In this document: positions 1-10,792 of the stretch, piece by piece
How the letters are laid out: every line of letters starts with the position of its first letter
How positions within the stretch are numbered: position 1 is the first letter of the stretch
From: Chrysochromulina tobinii
Lineage: Eukaryota
Assembly: GCA_001275005.1 (NCBI GenBank)
Contig: JWZX01003382.1
Span: 1 to 34,019, forward strand
Reading direction: 5' to 3'
Length of the DNA stretch: 34,019 nucleotides
Translations under genes and position numbers: made by a program
The notes under the pieces: generated by a model
Databases searched by the model: none
The model's input: only the letters and a program-made list of their open reading frames with translations
Told to the model about the DNA's origin: nothing

Positions 1-309
1 GAAATTATACCTTGGCGTCTGAAATCACATTTTTCATGACAAAGCATGGATATATCCATGATTTCTCACTAAGACCAAATTGCTGATGTCACAGGAGCGA
101 AGCGAACATTAAGTACCAACTGTCGACCAACCGAACAGACTCTCGGCGGCAAGTACCAAAATAAGACAGGCAGCGTCGGAGGCTTTGCACATTGCTATTG
201 GTATTCACGTTTTGTGGGACCGGACTTACTACGCTACGTTCGTACACGCTCCACACTCCTCTTTGCTGCTCTTAGTAGTCAGTTGTACCCGAGGTATACG
301 AGTCGGCAC

Positions 310-1341
310 TCATTTGGCAACTTCTTCAACCATGCTGCTCCCACCCGCCTGAACTGCCCGCTCGATGGCCATCACGCACTCGCCCACCGACCGGCCCTTG
401 CGCATAGCGTCACAGAGCGCGTCGTACGCGGCAGCTCGCTGCCTGAGCAGCAGCACTGCGCTCGCCGCTGCCCAGCGCGCGCGCTCGCGGATGACCTGCT
501 CGCTCAGCGCCGCGGGCGCCGCGTGCTTGGTAAGCAAAGCACGCAGCGTTGCCTCGTCGGCAGCCCCTCCCTCGGCGCTGCCTGCCCAGAGCGCCTCAGC
601 TGCGATGCCACCCGCAAGCACAATGGCCGCTCGGAGCACGTCGTCCTCGTCGGCGCGGCGACCCTCTTGCAAGCACTCGATGGCTGGAGAAAGGAAGATG
701 GTGCCTGCCGACGCCTCGCTCCAGCGCGGATCGAAGGGCGCCCCCAGCGGGTTGAGCCTGCAGGCCTGCACGGGCACACCTAGGCTGTACGCACACAGGA
801 AGTGACCCGCTTCGTGTCGTACGACTGCCTCGCGGCGTGAGGGCACGATGAGGCGCAGCACACCGAGCAGCCGCTCCTGCAGCAGAAGCTTGTCCAACAC
901 GAAGAGGACAGTCGCACTACCCACGAGAACGCTGAGTGCTAGCGAAATTAGTTGCGGCGCCTCGAGCTCGCGCAGGCTGCGCAACGGCATCTCGTCCATC
1001 AGCGCGCCAGAGGCAAAGCAGAGCTGGCCCACCAGCAGTGCTGCGGCTGCCTCAAGAGGTGCCAGTCGGAGGCCTCGTGGCTCGCCACGAGGCTTTGGCG
1101 CAAACGCAGTTGCTCGAAGGCCGGTGACCTTTGCGAGCTCGAGCGATTTGGCAAGCGTCGGCTGCAGAGGCATGTCACCCCGGCCAAATGCCGTCAGCTG
1201 GCCGCTCTGTTGCAGTGTGCTGTATGCGCTTATGCACGCGCTTCTACTTGCACAGGCAGCATCAAGAGTGGCGGCTGTTGACAACTCGATCGCGTGGCAC
1301 ACGGTTGCGATCGAGAGGAGCACGAGCGGAAGCTTTCTCAT
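310..1341 (-). CDS. Peptidase M41 (FtsH protease domain)-like zinc metalloprotease without AAA domain, VIRESCENT3/At5g27290-like, probably plastid-targeted
   Basis: ATG at 1341 gives a signal peptide (MRKLPLVLLSIATVCHA). Two hydrophobic segments follow, then VVRHEAGHFLCAYSLGVPV (HExxH) and LAGGIAAEAL..G.AEGGAAD, both typical of this family. Confidence 0.8.
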   Translation of the reverse strand: MRKLPLVLLSIATVCHAIELSTAATLDAACASRSACISAYSTLQQSGQLTAFGRGDMPLQPTLAKSLELAKVTGLRATAFAPKPRGEPRGLRLAPLEAAAALLVGQLCFASGALMDEMPLRSLRELEAPQLISLALSVLVGSATVLFVLDKLLLQERLLGVLRLIVPSRREAVVRHEAGHFLCAYSLGVPVQACRLNPLGAPFDPRWSEASAGTIFLSPAIECLQEGRRADEDDVLRAAIVLAGGIAAEALWAGSAEGGAADEATLRALLTKHAAPAALSEQVIRERARWAAASAVLLLRQRAAAYDALCDAMRKGRSVGECVMAIERAVQAGGSSMVEEVAK

Positions 1342-1388
1342 GATGTCGGCCACCGTCGAACAAAAAGCGTCCGACCAGCGGCGAGCTC

Positions 1389-1476
1389 GGACACGTGTCC
1401 TGTGAATCATTCCATTGCTGTGAAATACCGTACAGTTCCGAAAAGACGTCGTTTCACACACACATACACGTGTCCT
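1389..1476. promoter_or_regulatory. Two copies of ACACGTGTCCT (G-box/E-box core CACGTG) upstream of the M41-like gene
   Basis: The 12-bp palindrome GGACACGTGTCC lies at 1389-1400 and a second ACACGTGTCCT at 1466-1476, both within about 140 bp of the ATG at 1341. Confidence 0.25.
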
Positions 1477-1630
1477 CTGAAATACTTTAACCCAACAAAG
1501 TTCTGAGCTGAGCTTTTCGCAAAACGAATGCGGACATGCTAATTAGAGTCAAGCTCAAGTGTGGAGATCAACCTCTGCCCACGTCCTCGCCAGGTCCTCG
1601 CCCGCGTCCGAGAGCATCTGGGCCCTGCCG

Positions 1631-4600
1631 TCACTTGTACGTCTTCAGCCCCAAGCGCTTCAGGTCCTCCTGCACGCTAACCTTGGACTGCCCGACCGGC
1701 TTGATCGTGGGCGCCGAACTAGCGACGCGCTCTGGTTGTTTTGCGACTGCCGCAGCGGCCTTCTTGGCCGCCGCCTCCTCGGCCTTAGCAGCTTCAGCAC
1801 TTGCACGCTTCTCGGCGTCTGCGGCCATCTTGGCCGCTGCCTCCCCTGCCTTCTTGGCACTGAGCGCCTTATCGAGCGCCTGCTTCTCCGCCACGAGACG
1901 AAACTTCTCCTCCGTCGCCACTGCCTTGGCTGTCGCTACCTCCTTTGCTCTCTTGGCAACCAGTGCTTGCTTCTCACTGGCGAGACGAGCCGTTTGCTCC
2001 TCCGCCATCTTCTTCGCGGCTGGTGCATGCACGCCTTGTTGCGCAATGGGTGCCATAGCCGGGGGCTTCGGTGCCCCCCCATCAATGCTCAAGACCGCAG
2101 CAAACACAACGGCCGCTGCAGCAAGTGCCGCCCCGGCCTTCGTGTCTTCGTCCGACAAGCCCTTTGACCTTATGATCGGAGGCGATGGGCCGCGCGCGAC
2201 TGCATTCCTGACAATCGCGAGTGCCTCGGCAATGACTGCTTCCGACACACCCGCTTCGGTAGGAGCCGAGCTCGACAAAAAGGCCTCGGCTTCTTTTGGA
2301 GCCCACCATTTCAGGCAGATGGCCGCGGCGACTGCAGCCTCTGCTGCCTCCTCCTTGGCGCGCGCCGCTGCAGCAGCTGCCTTGGCCTCCTCCTCGGCAA
2401 AAAAGGCCGACTTCCGTGCTGCTGCCTGCTCCTCTGCTACAGGGCGGACGATTGCCAGCGACGCGGCGATCACGGATGCTTTGACTCCCATCTCGCGAGG
2501 TGTGTCGCTCGAAAGGTAGGCGAGCGCCTCCTCGGCATTCATGCGGTAGATCTCCGCCGCCACGCGCTGCTCGGCCGTGGCCGAACGTTCCTCTAACGTC
2601 GTCGGGCGCAACGCCGCCTTGGCCGTCGCGGTAGCACGCGGTTTCGAGGCCGTCGGTTCGAGGCCGGGCTGCTGCGAACCAGCCATAAGAGCGGCCTTCT
2701 CAGCAGGCACCTTGTCCGCAGCCGCCATCTCCGAGGCCACAAGGTCAAGTCGCGCCTCGAGGATTTCGAGGGCCACCTTGGCCTCTGCTTCCCGCCGACG
2801 CTTGACCTCCTGAGAAGCCGCTACGGCCGCCTTCCTCTCCGCGTTCTTGGCGGCAAGCGCCTCGGCAGCCGCGATGCGCTTGGCCTCTGCTGCAGCTGCA
2901 GCCTCTGCCTGCAAGGCAGCACGCGCCGCCGCCGCCGCCTTGATGGCTGCCGTGCGCTGCTCGCGCGCAGCCTGAGCTGCCGCCTCTGCGGCCGCCAGAG
3001 CGTTGTTCTCGGCCTGTGCTGCTGTCGTCGTTTCGACAACCTCCTTCACGGCCACCTCGGCAACTTGCAGCTGGGACAAAGGCTCATTGACAGGCATGCG
3101 TGCTGCAGCCACGCTTGTTGCAGCCACGCGTGTTGCTTCCGCCGCCGCCGCCGCCGCAGCCTCCTTACTCTCGGTGGCCGAAGCCCGCTCCGCCGCATTC
3201 TCCATCGCCGCCTTCTCCGCCGCCGCCTTCTCCGTCGCCTCTCGCACCGCGGCCCTCACGTAGGCCTGCTTCACCTCGAGAGCAGCCTTCCCCGCAGCCG
3301 CCTGGCGCGCAATCCGAGCACTCTCCTCTTGCTGGCGCCGGCGCTCCTCTCGGACCGCATCCACCGTGGCCTGCGCCTCCGCTCGCATGGCCGCTCGCTC
3401 CTTCTCCGCCGCCTGAAGCGCCGCCGCGCGATCCTCGCGAGCCTTCTTAGCCGCCGCCTCTTGCGCCGCCTTGGCTTCCGCTGCCGCCTTAGCCCGTACA
3501 TCATTGTTCACCGTCGCTTCCTCAACCGTCGCTGCGGCAGCCGCCATCTCCGCCGCCAGCAGGTCAAGTCGGGCCTCTTCCGAAGTCGCCATCTCCGCGG
3601 CCGCCATCTCCGTGGCCAGCAGGTCAAGTCGGGCCTCGAGAACGCGCGCCTTCTCCGCAGCCGCCATCTCCGTGGCCACCTGGTCAAGTCGCGCCTCGAG
3701 GACCTCAATTGCTGCTTTTGCCTCGGCTGCCTGCGCTTCTGTGGCCTTTTTCGCTTCTGCGATCGCCTTCGCCTCCGTGGCCACCTTCGCCTCCGTGGCC
3801 ACCTTCGCCTCCGCAGCCGCCTTCGCCTCCGCAGCCGCCTTGGCCTCCGCAGCCGCCTTTGCCTCCGCGGCCGCCTTTGCCTCCGCGGCCGCCTTTGCCT
3901 CCGCGGCCGCCTTCGCATCCGCGGCCGCCTTCGCCTCCGCGGCCGCCTTTGCCTCCGCGGCCGCCTTCGCCTCCGCACCCTTTGATGCCCCCACCTGAGC
4001 TTCGGCTTTGCTCTCGTCGTCCTTTGAAGTCGCCACCACAGCAGCTGCACCAAGAGCGCCAAGCGCCAGTATTGGGCCGCTAGCTAGTGCAAAGAACGCA
4101 AGCGCCGCACCCGCCACACCCGCGGCAGTGGTAAGCTCTGAGTCCGAGTCGGAATCCGCCTTGTAGACCGCTCGAGCAGCCGCCTCAACCGGCGACTTCT
4201 TGTTGATCAGTGTCTGCTCACCTTTTTTGTTGATATCGAACTTCTTAGCCGGTGCCTGCTCGACCTTTTTCTTGTCCTTGGCGAGCTTTGCACTTGCATC
4301 TAGCTTTTCTTGAGCTGCTTTTCCTTCAGCCTGTCGAACCCCAAGTGCTGCTTTTGCCTCGGCTGCCTGTGCTTCTTTGGCCATTATCGCTTCTTTGGCC
4401 TTTATCGCTTCTGCGACCACCTTCGCCTCCGCGTCCGCCTTTGCCTCCGCGGCCGCCTTCGCCTCCGCGACCGCCTTCGCCTCCGCGGCCGCAATCTTCG
4501 CCCTAGCATCTGCGCTTGCCTTTCTCGACTCCTCTGATTGTTTCGCTGTCTGTGCCCCAGCGCTTGCCAATTGTTTCTCGATAATACGCTCCACCTGTCG

Positions 4601-4852
4601 CTCCAAAACAGGCGCCTTTGCAGCCCACGCCCTGGCGAAACGAATTGCAGCCTTAGACTCGGCGACTTCATCTGATATGATTTCGGCCACTTCCTTGCCA
4701 GCCTCACCTTTGCGGCGTCGGAATCGATCAAATGGATTCATGCCCATGCGTGGTGGTTGTGACACACGAGATGCAGGTAGATATGGCCGGTAGATATGGC
4801 CCGACAGTGCTGAGGTGCCCGTCAGAGCGGCAATGACGAGAGAAGCCATCAT
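1631..4852 (-). CDS. Large Ala/Glu/Lys-rich repetitive coiled-coil protein with bipartite-like leader and two hydrophobic segments; function unknown
   Basis: Uninterrupted ORF of about 1073 aa. N-terminus MMASLVIAALTGTSALS..RVSQPPRM; AEAKAA and LEARLDxxAxEMAAA repeats; hydrophobic stretches AGVAGAALAFFALASGPILALGALGAAAVV and AGAALAAAAVVFAAVLSI. Confidence 0.75.
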   Translation of the reverse strand: MMASLVIAALTGTSALSGHIYRPYLPASRVSQPPRMGMNPFDRFRRRKGEAGKEVAEIISDEVAESKAAIRFARAWAAKAPVLERQVERIIEKQLASAGAQTAKQSEESRKASADARAKIAAAEAKAVAEAKAAAEAKADAEAKVVAEAIKAKEAIMAKEAQAAEAKAALGVRQAEGKAAQEKLDASAKLAKDKKKVEQAPAKKFDINKKGEQTLINKKSPVEAAARAVYKADSDSDSELTTAAGVAGAALAFFALASGPILALGALGAAAVVATSKDDESKAEAQVGASKGAEAKAAAEAKAAAEAKAAADAKAAAEAKAAAEAKAAAEAKAAAEAKAAAEAKAAAEAKVATEAKVATEAKAIAEAKKATEAQAAEAKAAIEVLEARLDQVATEMAAAEKARVLEARLDLLATEMAAAEMATSEEARLDLLAAEMAAAAATVEEATVNNDVRAKAAAEAKAAQEAAAKKAREDRAAALQAAEKERAAMRAEAQATVDAVREERRRQQEESARIARQAAAGKAALEVKQAYVRAAVREATEKAAAEKAAMENAAERASATESKEAAAAAAAEATRVAATSVAAARMPVNEPLSQLQVAEVAVKEVVETTTAAQAENNALAAAEAAAQAAREQRTAAIKAAAAARAALQAEAAAAAEAKRIAAAEALAAKNAERKAAVAASQEVKRRREAEAKVALEILEARLDLVASEMAAADKVPAEKAALMAGSQQPGLEPTASKPRATATAKAALRPTTLEERSATAEQRVAAEIYRMNAEEALAYLSSDTPREMGVKASVIAASLAIVRPVAEEQAAARKSAFFAEEEAKAAAAAARAKEEAAEAAVAAAICLKWWAPKEAEAFLSSSAPTEAGVSEAVIAEALAIVRNAVARGPSPPIIRSKGLSDEDTKAGAALAAAAVVFAAVLSIDGGAPKPPAMAPIAQQGVHAPAAKKMAEEQTARLASEKQALVAKRAKEVATAKAVATEEKFRLVAEKQALDKALSAKKAGEAAAKMAADAEKRASAEAAKAEEAAAKKAAAAVAKQPERVASSAPTIKPVGQSKVSVQEDLKRLGLKTYK
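3537..3701 (-). repeat. Coding 60-bp tandem repeat (about 3 copies, EARLDxxAxEMAAA) with a fourth dispersed copy near 2718-2763
   Basis: gccgccatctccg..gcca..ggtcaagtcg.gcctc recurs at 60-bp spacing and again near 2720. Confidence 0.85.
3743..3976 (-). repeat. Coding 18-bp minisatellite (about 13 copies, AEAKAA); a shorter array lies near 4415-4490
   Basis: Unit gccgccttYgcctccgcR repeated in tandem. Confidence 0.9.
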
Positions 4853-5365
4853 GAACGCGAAATTACGACACGCGAGAGCTCCTGTCACGAGCTCAATGTA
4901 TTAGAATTTCCAATACTTACAAATTGACATCTCATTTTGGGAATCCCGAGCGTCAAGTTCGTCAAGAATCAGCGACTGGGTGTTCAGTTCCATCACGGCT
5001 GGCGGCGTCCTGTCACTGACCATACTTTCCTCCTGCCTGCCTTTTGTCTGCTCACTGCTGGTGCCGAGCTGGCAGCTCTGCCGACCCGAGCCACACCGCC
5101 CCCGGGGCCCCCTCGCGGGCGCTCCCGCTCGCCTGTCCTACGCCTGTCCATGCTCGCCTCTCGGCGCCGCGCCGTCCTCGACCGGCGGCGGCGGCGCGCC
5201 GTCTCGACTTCCCGGGAGCCGGACTCCCGACTGTCGGTCACTCGGTCTCAAAAGCTCCTATTTACAAGAAAAATCACTCCACATCCACGTTCCACACACG
5301 TGACGCGACAGTGTCGGATCCTTGCCAGCCGACATAGCTCCCGCGCGCCCACTCGGCCGACACCA

Positions 5366-5801
5366 TTAGACGGCGCTGGCCGTGTCAGGGCCGGCGAGCT
5401 CCTCGAGCGCCGCCATCTTAGGCGGCGACACGGGAGGCTCTGCGCTGCGCCGGCTGAAGACCTGGCGGCGCATCGAAAGCGGCCGCGGCGGCTGGTAGAA
5501 GCGGAGCAGGAGCGATGAACAGACGACGGAGACGGACGAAAGCGCCATGGCGCCGCCTGCAAACATGGGCGGCAGTTGGATACCGAGCCCTGGGAAGAGG
5601 ACGCCTGCCGCGAGCGGGATGCCCACGACATTGAACCCAAAGGCCCAGACGAAGTTGATGCGGATGCGCCTCATGACTACCTTGGAGAGGTCGAGGGCGG
5701 TGACTACGTCCTGCAGACCTTCCTTCATGAGTACGACGTCGGCCGCCTCTATGGCAACGTCGGTACCCGAGCCCACAGCGATGCCCACGTCGGCCGCCGC
5801 A

Positions 5802-5833
<32 letters not shown>

Positions 5834-8800
5834 AAAGGCAATCTTGGCGCCGGCGTCACGCAGCTCCTGCACCTTGGCCAGCTTGCCCGCGGGCTTGACC
5901 CCTGCGACCACATACATGAGGTCGATGCCCGCCTGGGCCGCTATGTGCGCGGCTGTGCGCTCATTGTCGCCCGAGATCATCCACACCTTCATCCCCAGTT
6001 GGGTGAGTTGCTTCACGACCGCCGGCGCATCCGGCTTGAGCGAGTCGGCCACCGCTAGTGCACCTGCGATGAAGAGCCTCGAGCCCATCGACTTCGGATC
6101 GCTCTGAATCGTCGCCGTGTCTGCGTCGGCATCGGGCTTGCCCGCCACCGCCGCCCGCCACCGGGCGCGCCTCGCCACCGCTGTCTCCACCGTCGCATCC
6201 GTTGCCGCCTCCGTCGGCGTCGTCGGCGCCGTCGCCGCCTTAGCGTCTGACGCCACCTCGTTGAAGTCGGGAGGCCCCGAGAGGGCCGCGAGGACGACAG
6301 TATGACCCCGAGACTCGAGTGCGGCCACCTCCGCCTCCTGCACGTCGCTCAGCTTCAGCCCGTTCTCTTCCATCCACGAGCGGTTGCCCATCAGCACCGT
6401 CTTCCCGTCCACGACGCATTGGAGCCCCTGACCCGCCGCCGCGACGAAGTCGGCTGGCTCGGCGGTCTGCACGCCGAACAGCTCCGCGTGATTGATGATG
6501 GCCTTGGCAATCGGATGCTCGCTGCCGCGCTCGGCAGAGCCGGCGGCGCGCAGCAGGATGGCCTCGTTCACGCCTTGAGCCCAGAGCAGCACGCGAGCCA
6601 CGGAGAGCTTCCCTGTGGTCAGGGTGCCCGTCTTGTCGAAGCAGATCGTCTGCACGGCCGCAGCAAGCTCGAGCACGTCGCCGCCCTTGATTAGGATCCC
6701 GTGCGCCGCGCCCACGCCGCCACCCACCATCACAGCGGTGGGTGTGGCCAGGCCGAGGGCGCACGGGCAAGCGATCACGAGCACGGCGCATCCAAACATG
6801 AAAGCGAGCAGCTGGGGATCCTCGACGCTCGGCACGCCCATGCTCATGGCACCGTGCCCGCCGCCGCCGCTCCCGCCGCCACTGCCCATGTTATTGCTGA
6901 CATGGGGGTCAGGAGGCATGTTGTGGCTGGCATGGGGGTCAGGAGGCGTGTTGGGAGGGTTAGGAGGCATGTTGTGGCCGGCATGGGGGTTGGGAGGCGA
7001 GGGCGAGGAGAAGCTCATCATGTCAAGGTCGTCATCGCCTGACCAGTCGGGCATGTTGCCCGTGGCACCGGCGATGGCCCACGCAGCCCATGTAAAGATA
7101 GCAAGCGTGATCACGACCGGAACGAACACTGCTGAGATACGATCGGCAACGGCCTGGATGCGCGGCTTGCGGTGCTGCGCGTCCGCGACGATCCTCATGA
7201 TCTGCGCAAGCGTCGTGTCGGCGCCTACGGCGGTGACGAGCACGTAGAGCACTCCGGAGCCGTTGATGGTGCCGCCCACCACCTTGTCGTTCTTACGCTT
7301 GGGCTGCGGCAGCGACTCGCCCGTGATCATCGACTCGTTCACGGCCGACTCCCCAAAGAGCACCGTGCCATCCGCGGGCATCTGCGCGCCTGGGAGCACC
7401 TTGACCACGTCGCCCTTGCGCAGGCCAGAGACGGGCACCTCGGTCGCATCAAGGTCGATCTCTCTGCATGAGGCGAGCTGCAGGGCCGTGGGCGGCACGA
7501 GCGTGAGCAGCTGCGTGATCGCATTCGACGCTTTCCCCTTGGCAGCGGACTCGAGGTACTCGCCGAGCAAGATGAAGGTGATTAGCACGGCGGCCGTCTC
7601 GAAGAACTCGTGGTCCTCCCCCTCCTCGCCGCGCGTGCCGATCGAGACGAACATGAAGATGATCGAGTAGATGTACGCGGCAAAGGTGCCGATCGAGACG
7701 AGCACGTCCATGGTGAAGTGGCAGCGCCGCAGCGACGCGTACGCCCCTCGGTGGAAGGGGAAGCCGTAGTACAGTTGGACGGGTGTGGTGAGGATCAGGT
7801 TGACGAGGACGCTCACGGCCAGTCCGGGTGCCACGTCGACATACAGACCGGGGCTCGTGCTCGGGATCATGCGGAAGACCATCGAGATGAGGAAGACGGG
7901 CAGTGTGAACACCATGGAGCCCGCGAACATGCGCCACCAGTAGGCAATCTCGATCCCAAAGTTGCTCGCGGCGGCCACCGCCTCGATGTCATCCGCCTGC
8001 AGCTCGGCCGCGTAGCCCGTCTTGACGACGCGCGCGAGGATAGCCGGAACGTCGACGCGGCGTGCGTCGTAGGCGACCTTGCCGCTCTTGCCCATCAGGC
8101 TCACCGTTGCCGAGTGCACGCCCTCGAGAGAGAGCAATCCGCCCTCGACGGCGCCCACGCACGAGGCGCATGTCATGCCGTCAATGGTGAGCGACACCTC
8201 ATGCAGATGGTCCTTGCCGACCTTCTTGCCCTTGGGCACTTTCCCTTCGGTGGCCTTGGGCAGCGAGGCAGCGGGAGAGGCACCGGGAGAGGGCACCGGG
8301 CACGCCTCGCTCGACTTTGCGGGGAAATCCTCGCTCAGGAGGCACGGCTCGTACCCCGCGGCCTTGACCGCGGCCAGCACGTCCTCGGTGGCTAGTTGGC
8401 CGCTGACGCTCAGGACGTGCGTATCGAGATCGATGTCGACGTGCGCGACGCCGCGCACCATGCGTGCCGCGCGATCCACTTTGTCCTTGCACCCGCTGCA
8501 CAGCATATCCATCACGAGCAGCTTGATGAGCTTTTCGGCGCGCCCCCCCTTTGCAGCGGGAGTGGGTGCAAAAGGGTCAGCGGCGAGCCCCGTGAAGTCT
8601 TCGTCGCCGCTCGCGAGCTCGTGCGCGGTGAAGCGCCCAGCAGACGAGATGCTCTCGATCAGCTCCTCGACAGACGAGGTGCCCCTCACCGTCACGATGC
8701 CCCAATGCAGGTTGACCGCCACGAAGGTGACTCCCGGCAACGCCGAGAGCTCGCGCTTGATGGTTGCGCGGCACGCCTCGCAGAACATGCCGTCGACCTG

Positions 8801-9757
8801 CAGTGTGACCGAACTGTCGGCGGCGTGCTTGTGCGTGAGCCCGGTGCCCTCGAGACCCTCGGACGGGCCTGCCGTTCCAGCCTCGACGGCGCTCGCCACG
8901 GCGCTCGCCACGACCGTGGGGTGGCCTGTCGCCTCGACCGCAGCGATGAGGGCCGCGAGCGGCACCGTGCCGACGATGGTCGCGAGGCCCGTAGCGAGGT
9001 CCACCTGGGTAGATATGACGCCCTCGATGACCTGGAGCGACTTCTCGACCTTCGCGGTGCAGTGGTCGCACATCATGCCGCCCACACTCAGCGTCGTCGT
9101 CGTCGGCCGTAGTGGTGCGGAGGCTGCCGTAAGGCCCGCCTTCTCGACAGCGGCGAGGAGCGCCGCCAGAGGCGCCGTACCAACGACGATTGCAAGCGCC
9201 GCCTCGAGGTCCACCTGGGCGGATAGCACACCCTCGACGTCGTGGAGCGCCTTCTCGACCTTCGCGCTGCAGTGACCGCACGACATGCCTCGCACGGTCA
9301 GGGTCGTCTTGGACGGCAGCACGCGCGGCGAGGCGGGCGCCTTGTCTGGCTCCACAACTTTTGCCGCGTGGCCCGTCGTCTCGATCGCATGGATGAGCGC
9401 CGCGCTTGTGGCGGTGCCCACGACTGTCGCGAGCTCCGCCTTGAGGTCCACCTTGACGGACGCGACGCCCACGACGGCCTGGAGTCCCTGCTCGACCTTC
9501 GCCGTGCAGTGGCCGCACATCATCCCGTCCACGTGTAGCTTGACGCAGAAGCTGCCGAGTGGAGTGAGCACTCGCTCAGACTTGCTCACCGCCACCTGAA
9601 GCGCGGTGAACGGCGCGTTGCCCCAAACGGTCACAGAGCCTGTTGGGATGTCTACTCTTGCCGCCTCAACACCATCGATCTGAGAGAGTTCGGCCTCAAC
9701 AGCCTCCTTGCAGCCACTGCACACAATGCTGCTCACTTGATATACCTGCTCGACCAT
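5366..9757 (-). CDS. P1B-1 type Cu(I)-transporting ATPase (ATP7/HMA5/CopA family) with seven N-terminal HMA domains
   Basis: Intronless 1463-aa ORF. It has seven CxxC HMA motifs, TGES, CPC in IACPCALGLATPTA, DKTGT, SEHP, GDGINDAPAL and MALSS. Confidence 0.96.
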
Positions 9758-10179
9758 GAGCAGTTTGAGCTCGGAGCGGGAAGCGGAAAGGCCTTCCGGG
9801 GGGGCACAGACGTCCTTCTAGACGGTCCTTCCGCCCGCAGGCCTAAGGCCGCAGACGGCAGCCCCTGCAAGCCCTGTGTGAACGTGAACACGACAGACGC
9901 GACAGCCGGTGCTACGACACTGTTACTGCCCGCTCAGAATACACACACCTTACAGGACCCCAAACGAGACACGGAGCATGCGCGCGCTGGCGGCGTTGAG
10001 GATGGCCCTGTGAAGAAGGAGTGATACATGAGATGTGAATAAAAGGGGTCGCAACACACACACATGTGTGTCACGGCTCCCCGCGGTGTTTTTGAACCGT
10101 CTTTTTACGGTACAAGTTTGGTGCTTGGCTTCGCGTCGGGCGAGGATGAGAGGGCTCGTGGGAGTGTTTTCGTGCGAAG

Positions 10180-10671
10180 ATGCCCTCCGATTGCGCCTGG
10201 GTCTTTGGCCTATTACTCTCACTGCCGTGCATGACTACGAGTAGTGCTAAGCGCCTGCGGCCCGCCGAGGCGAGCCTGGAGGAATTGATCGAGACGGCGG
10301 ACAGTTGGCTCATTGACTACGATGAGGATGATGACGAGCGTTTGAGCCTCCGCGAACTTGAACAGCTCAAGAAGCAGCTTCAAGCGCAGACGGCGAGCCC
10401 AGCTGCGCAACAGGCGCCGCTGCCCACGCAAACGCTGATGAAAATGGTTGACGCGGACGATGACGGCTTTGCTACACGCAATGAGCTCGTGGACATGCTG
10501 AAGCGCATGAAGGGCTTTGATGGTGGCCATGTGGCGCGCGAGGATGCCAAGAAGCCGCAGGCAGCCGAGGGCGACGGGTACGGCGAGTCGCACGCGCAGC
10601 GGATGGAGAGGAATCAGAAGAAGCGGAAAAAGATGAGCACAACTGCGAACAAGAGATATGATGAGATATGA
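10180..10671 (+). CDS. Secretory-pathway two-EF-hand calcium-binding protein with KDEL-like C-terminus
   Basis: Hydrophobic N-terminus (WVFGLLLSLPC), EF loops DEDDDERLSLRE and DADDDGFATRNE, and the C-terminus RYDEI*. Confidence 0.75.
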   Translation: MPSDCAWVFGLLLSLPCMTTSSAKRLRPAEASLEELIETADSWLIDYDEDDDERLSLRELEQLKKQLQAQTASPAAQQAPLPTQTLMKMVDADDDGFATRNELVDMLKRMKGFDGGHVAREDAKKPQAAEGDGYGESHAQRMERNQKKRKKMSTTANKRYDEI

Positions 10672-10792
10672 TGTGGCCGGCGGCCCCGACCATGCGACGT
10701 TGGCGACGTGTAATTCAATCATCTTTGTTCACACTCCACACACATTGCTCACACCGTATAGACTCGAAGAGCAATGCAAGTCGGCACCCCCC

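Noticed and set aside
1536..9599. Many long antisense or alternate-frame ORFs overlapping the real genes (e.g. 1536-2519, 3065-3985, 8079-9275)
   Set aside because: They are expected shadows of GC-rich coding sequence, have low-complexity Arg/Ala/Ser composition and show no motifs.
9758..10179. GTAC copper-response element and ACACACATGTGTGT palindrome in the Cu-ATPase promoter
   Set aside because: A single GTAC is expected by chance, and the palindrome derives from a CA/TG microsatellite.
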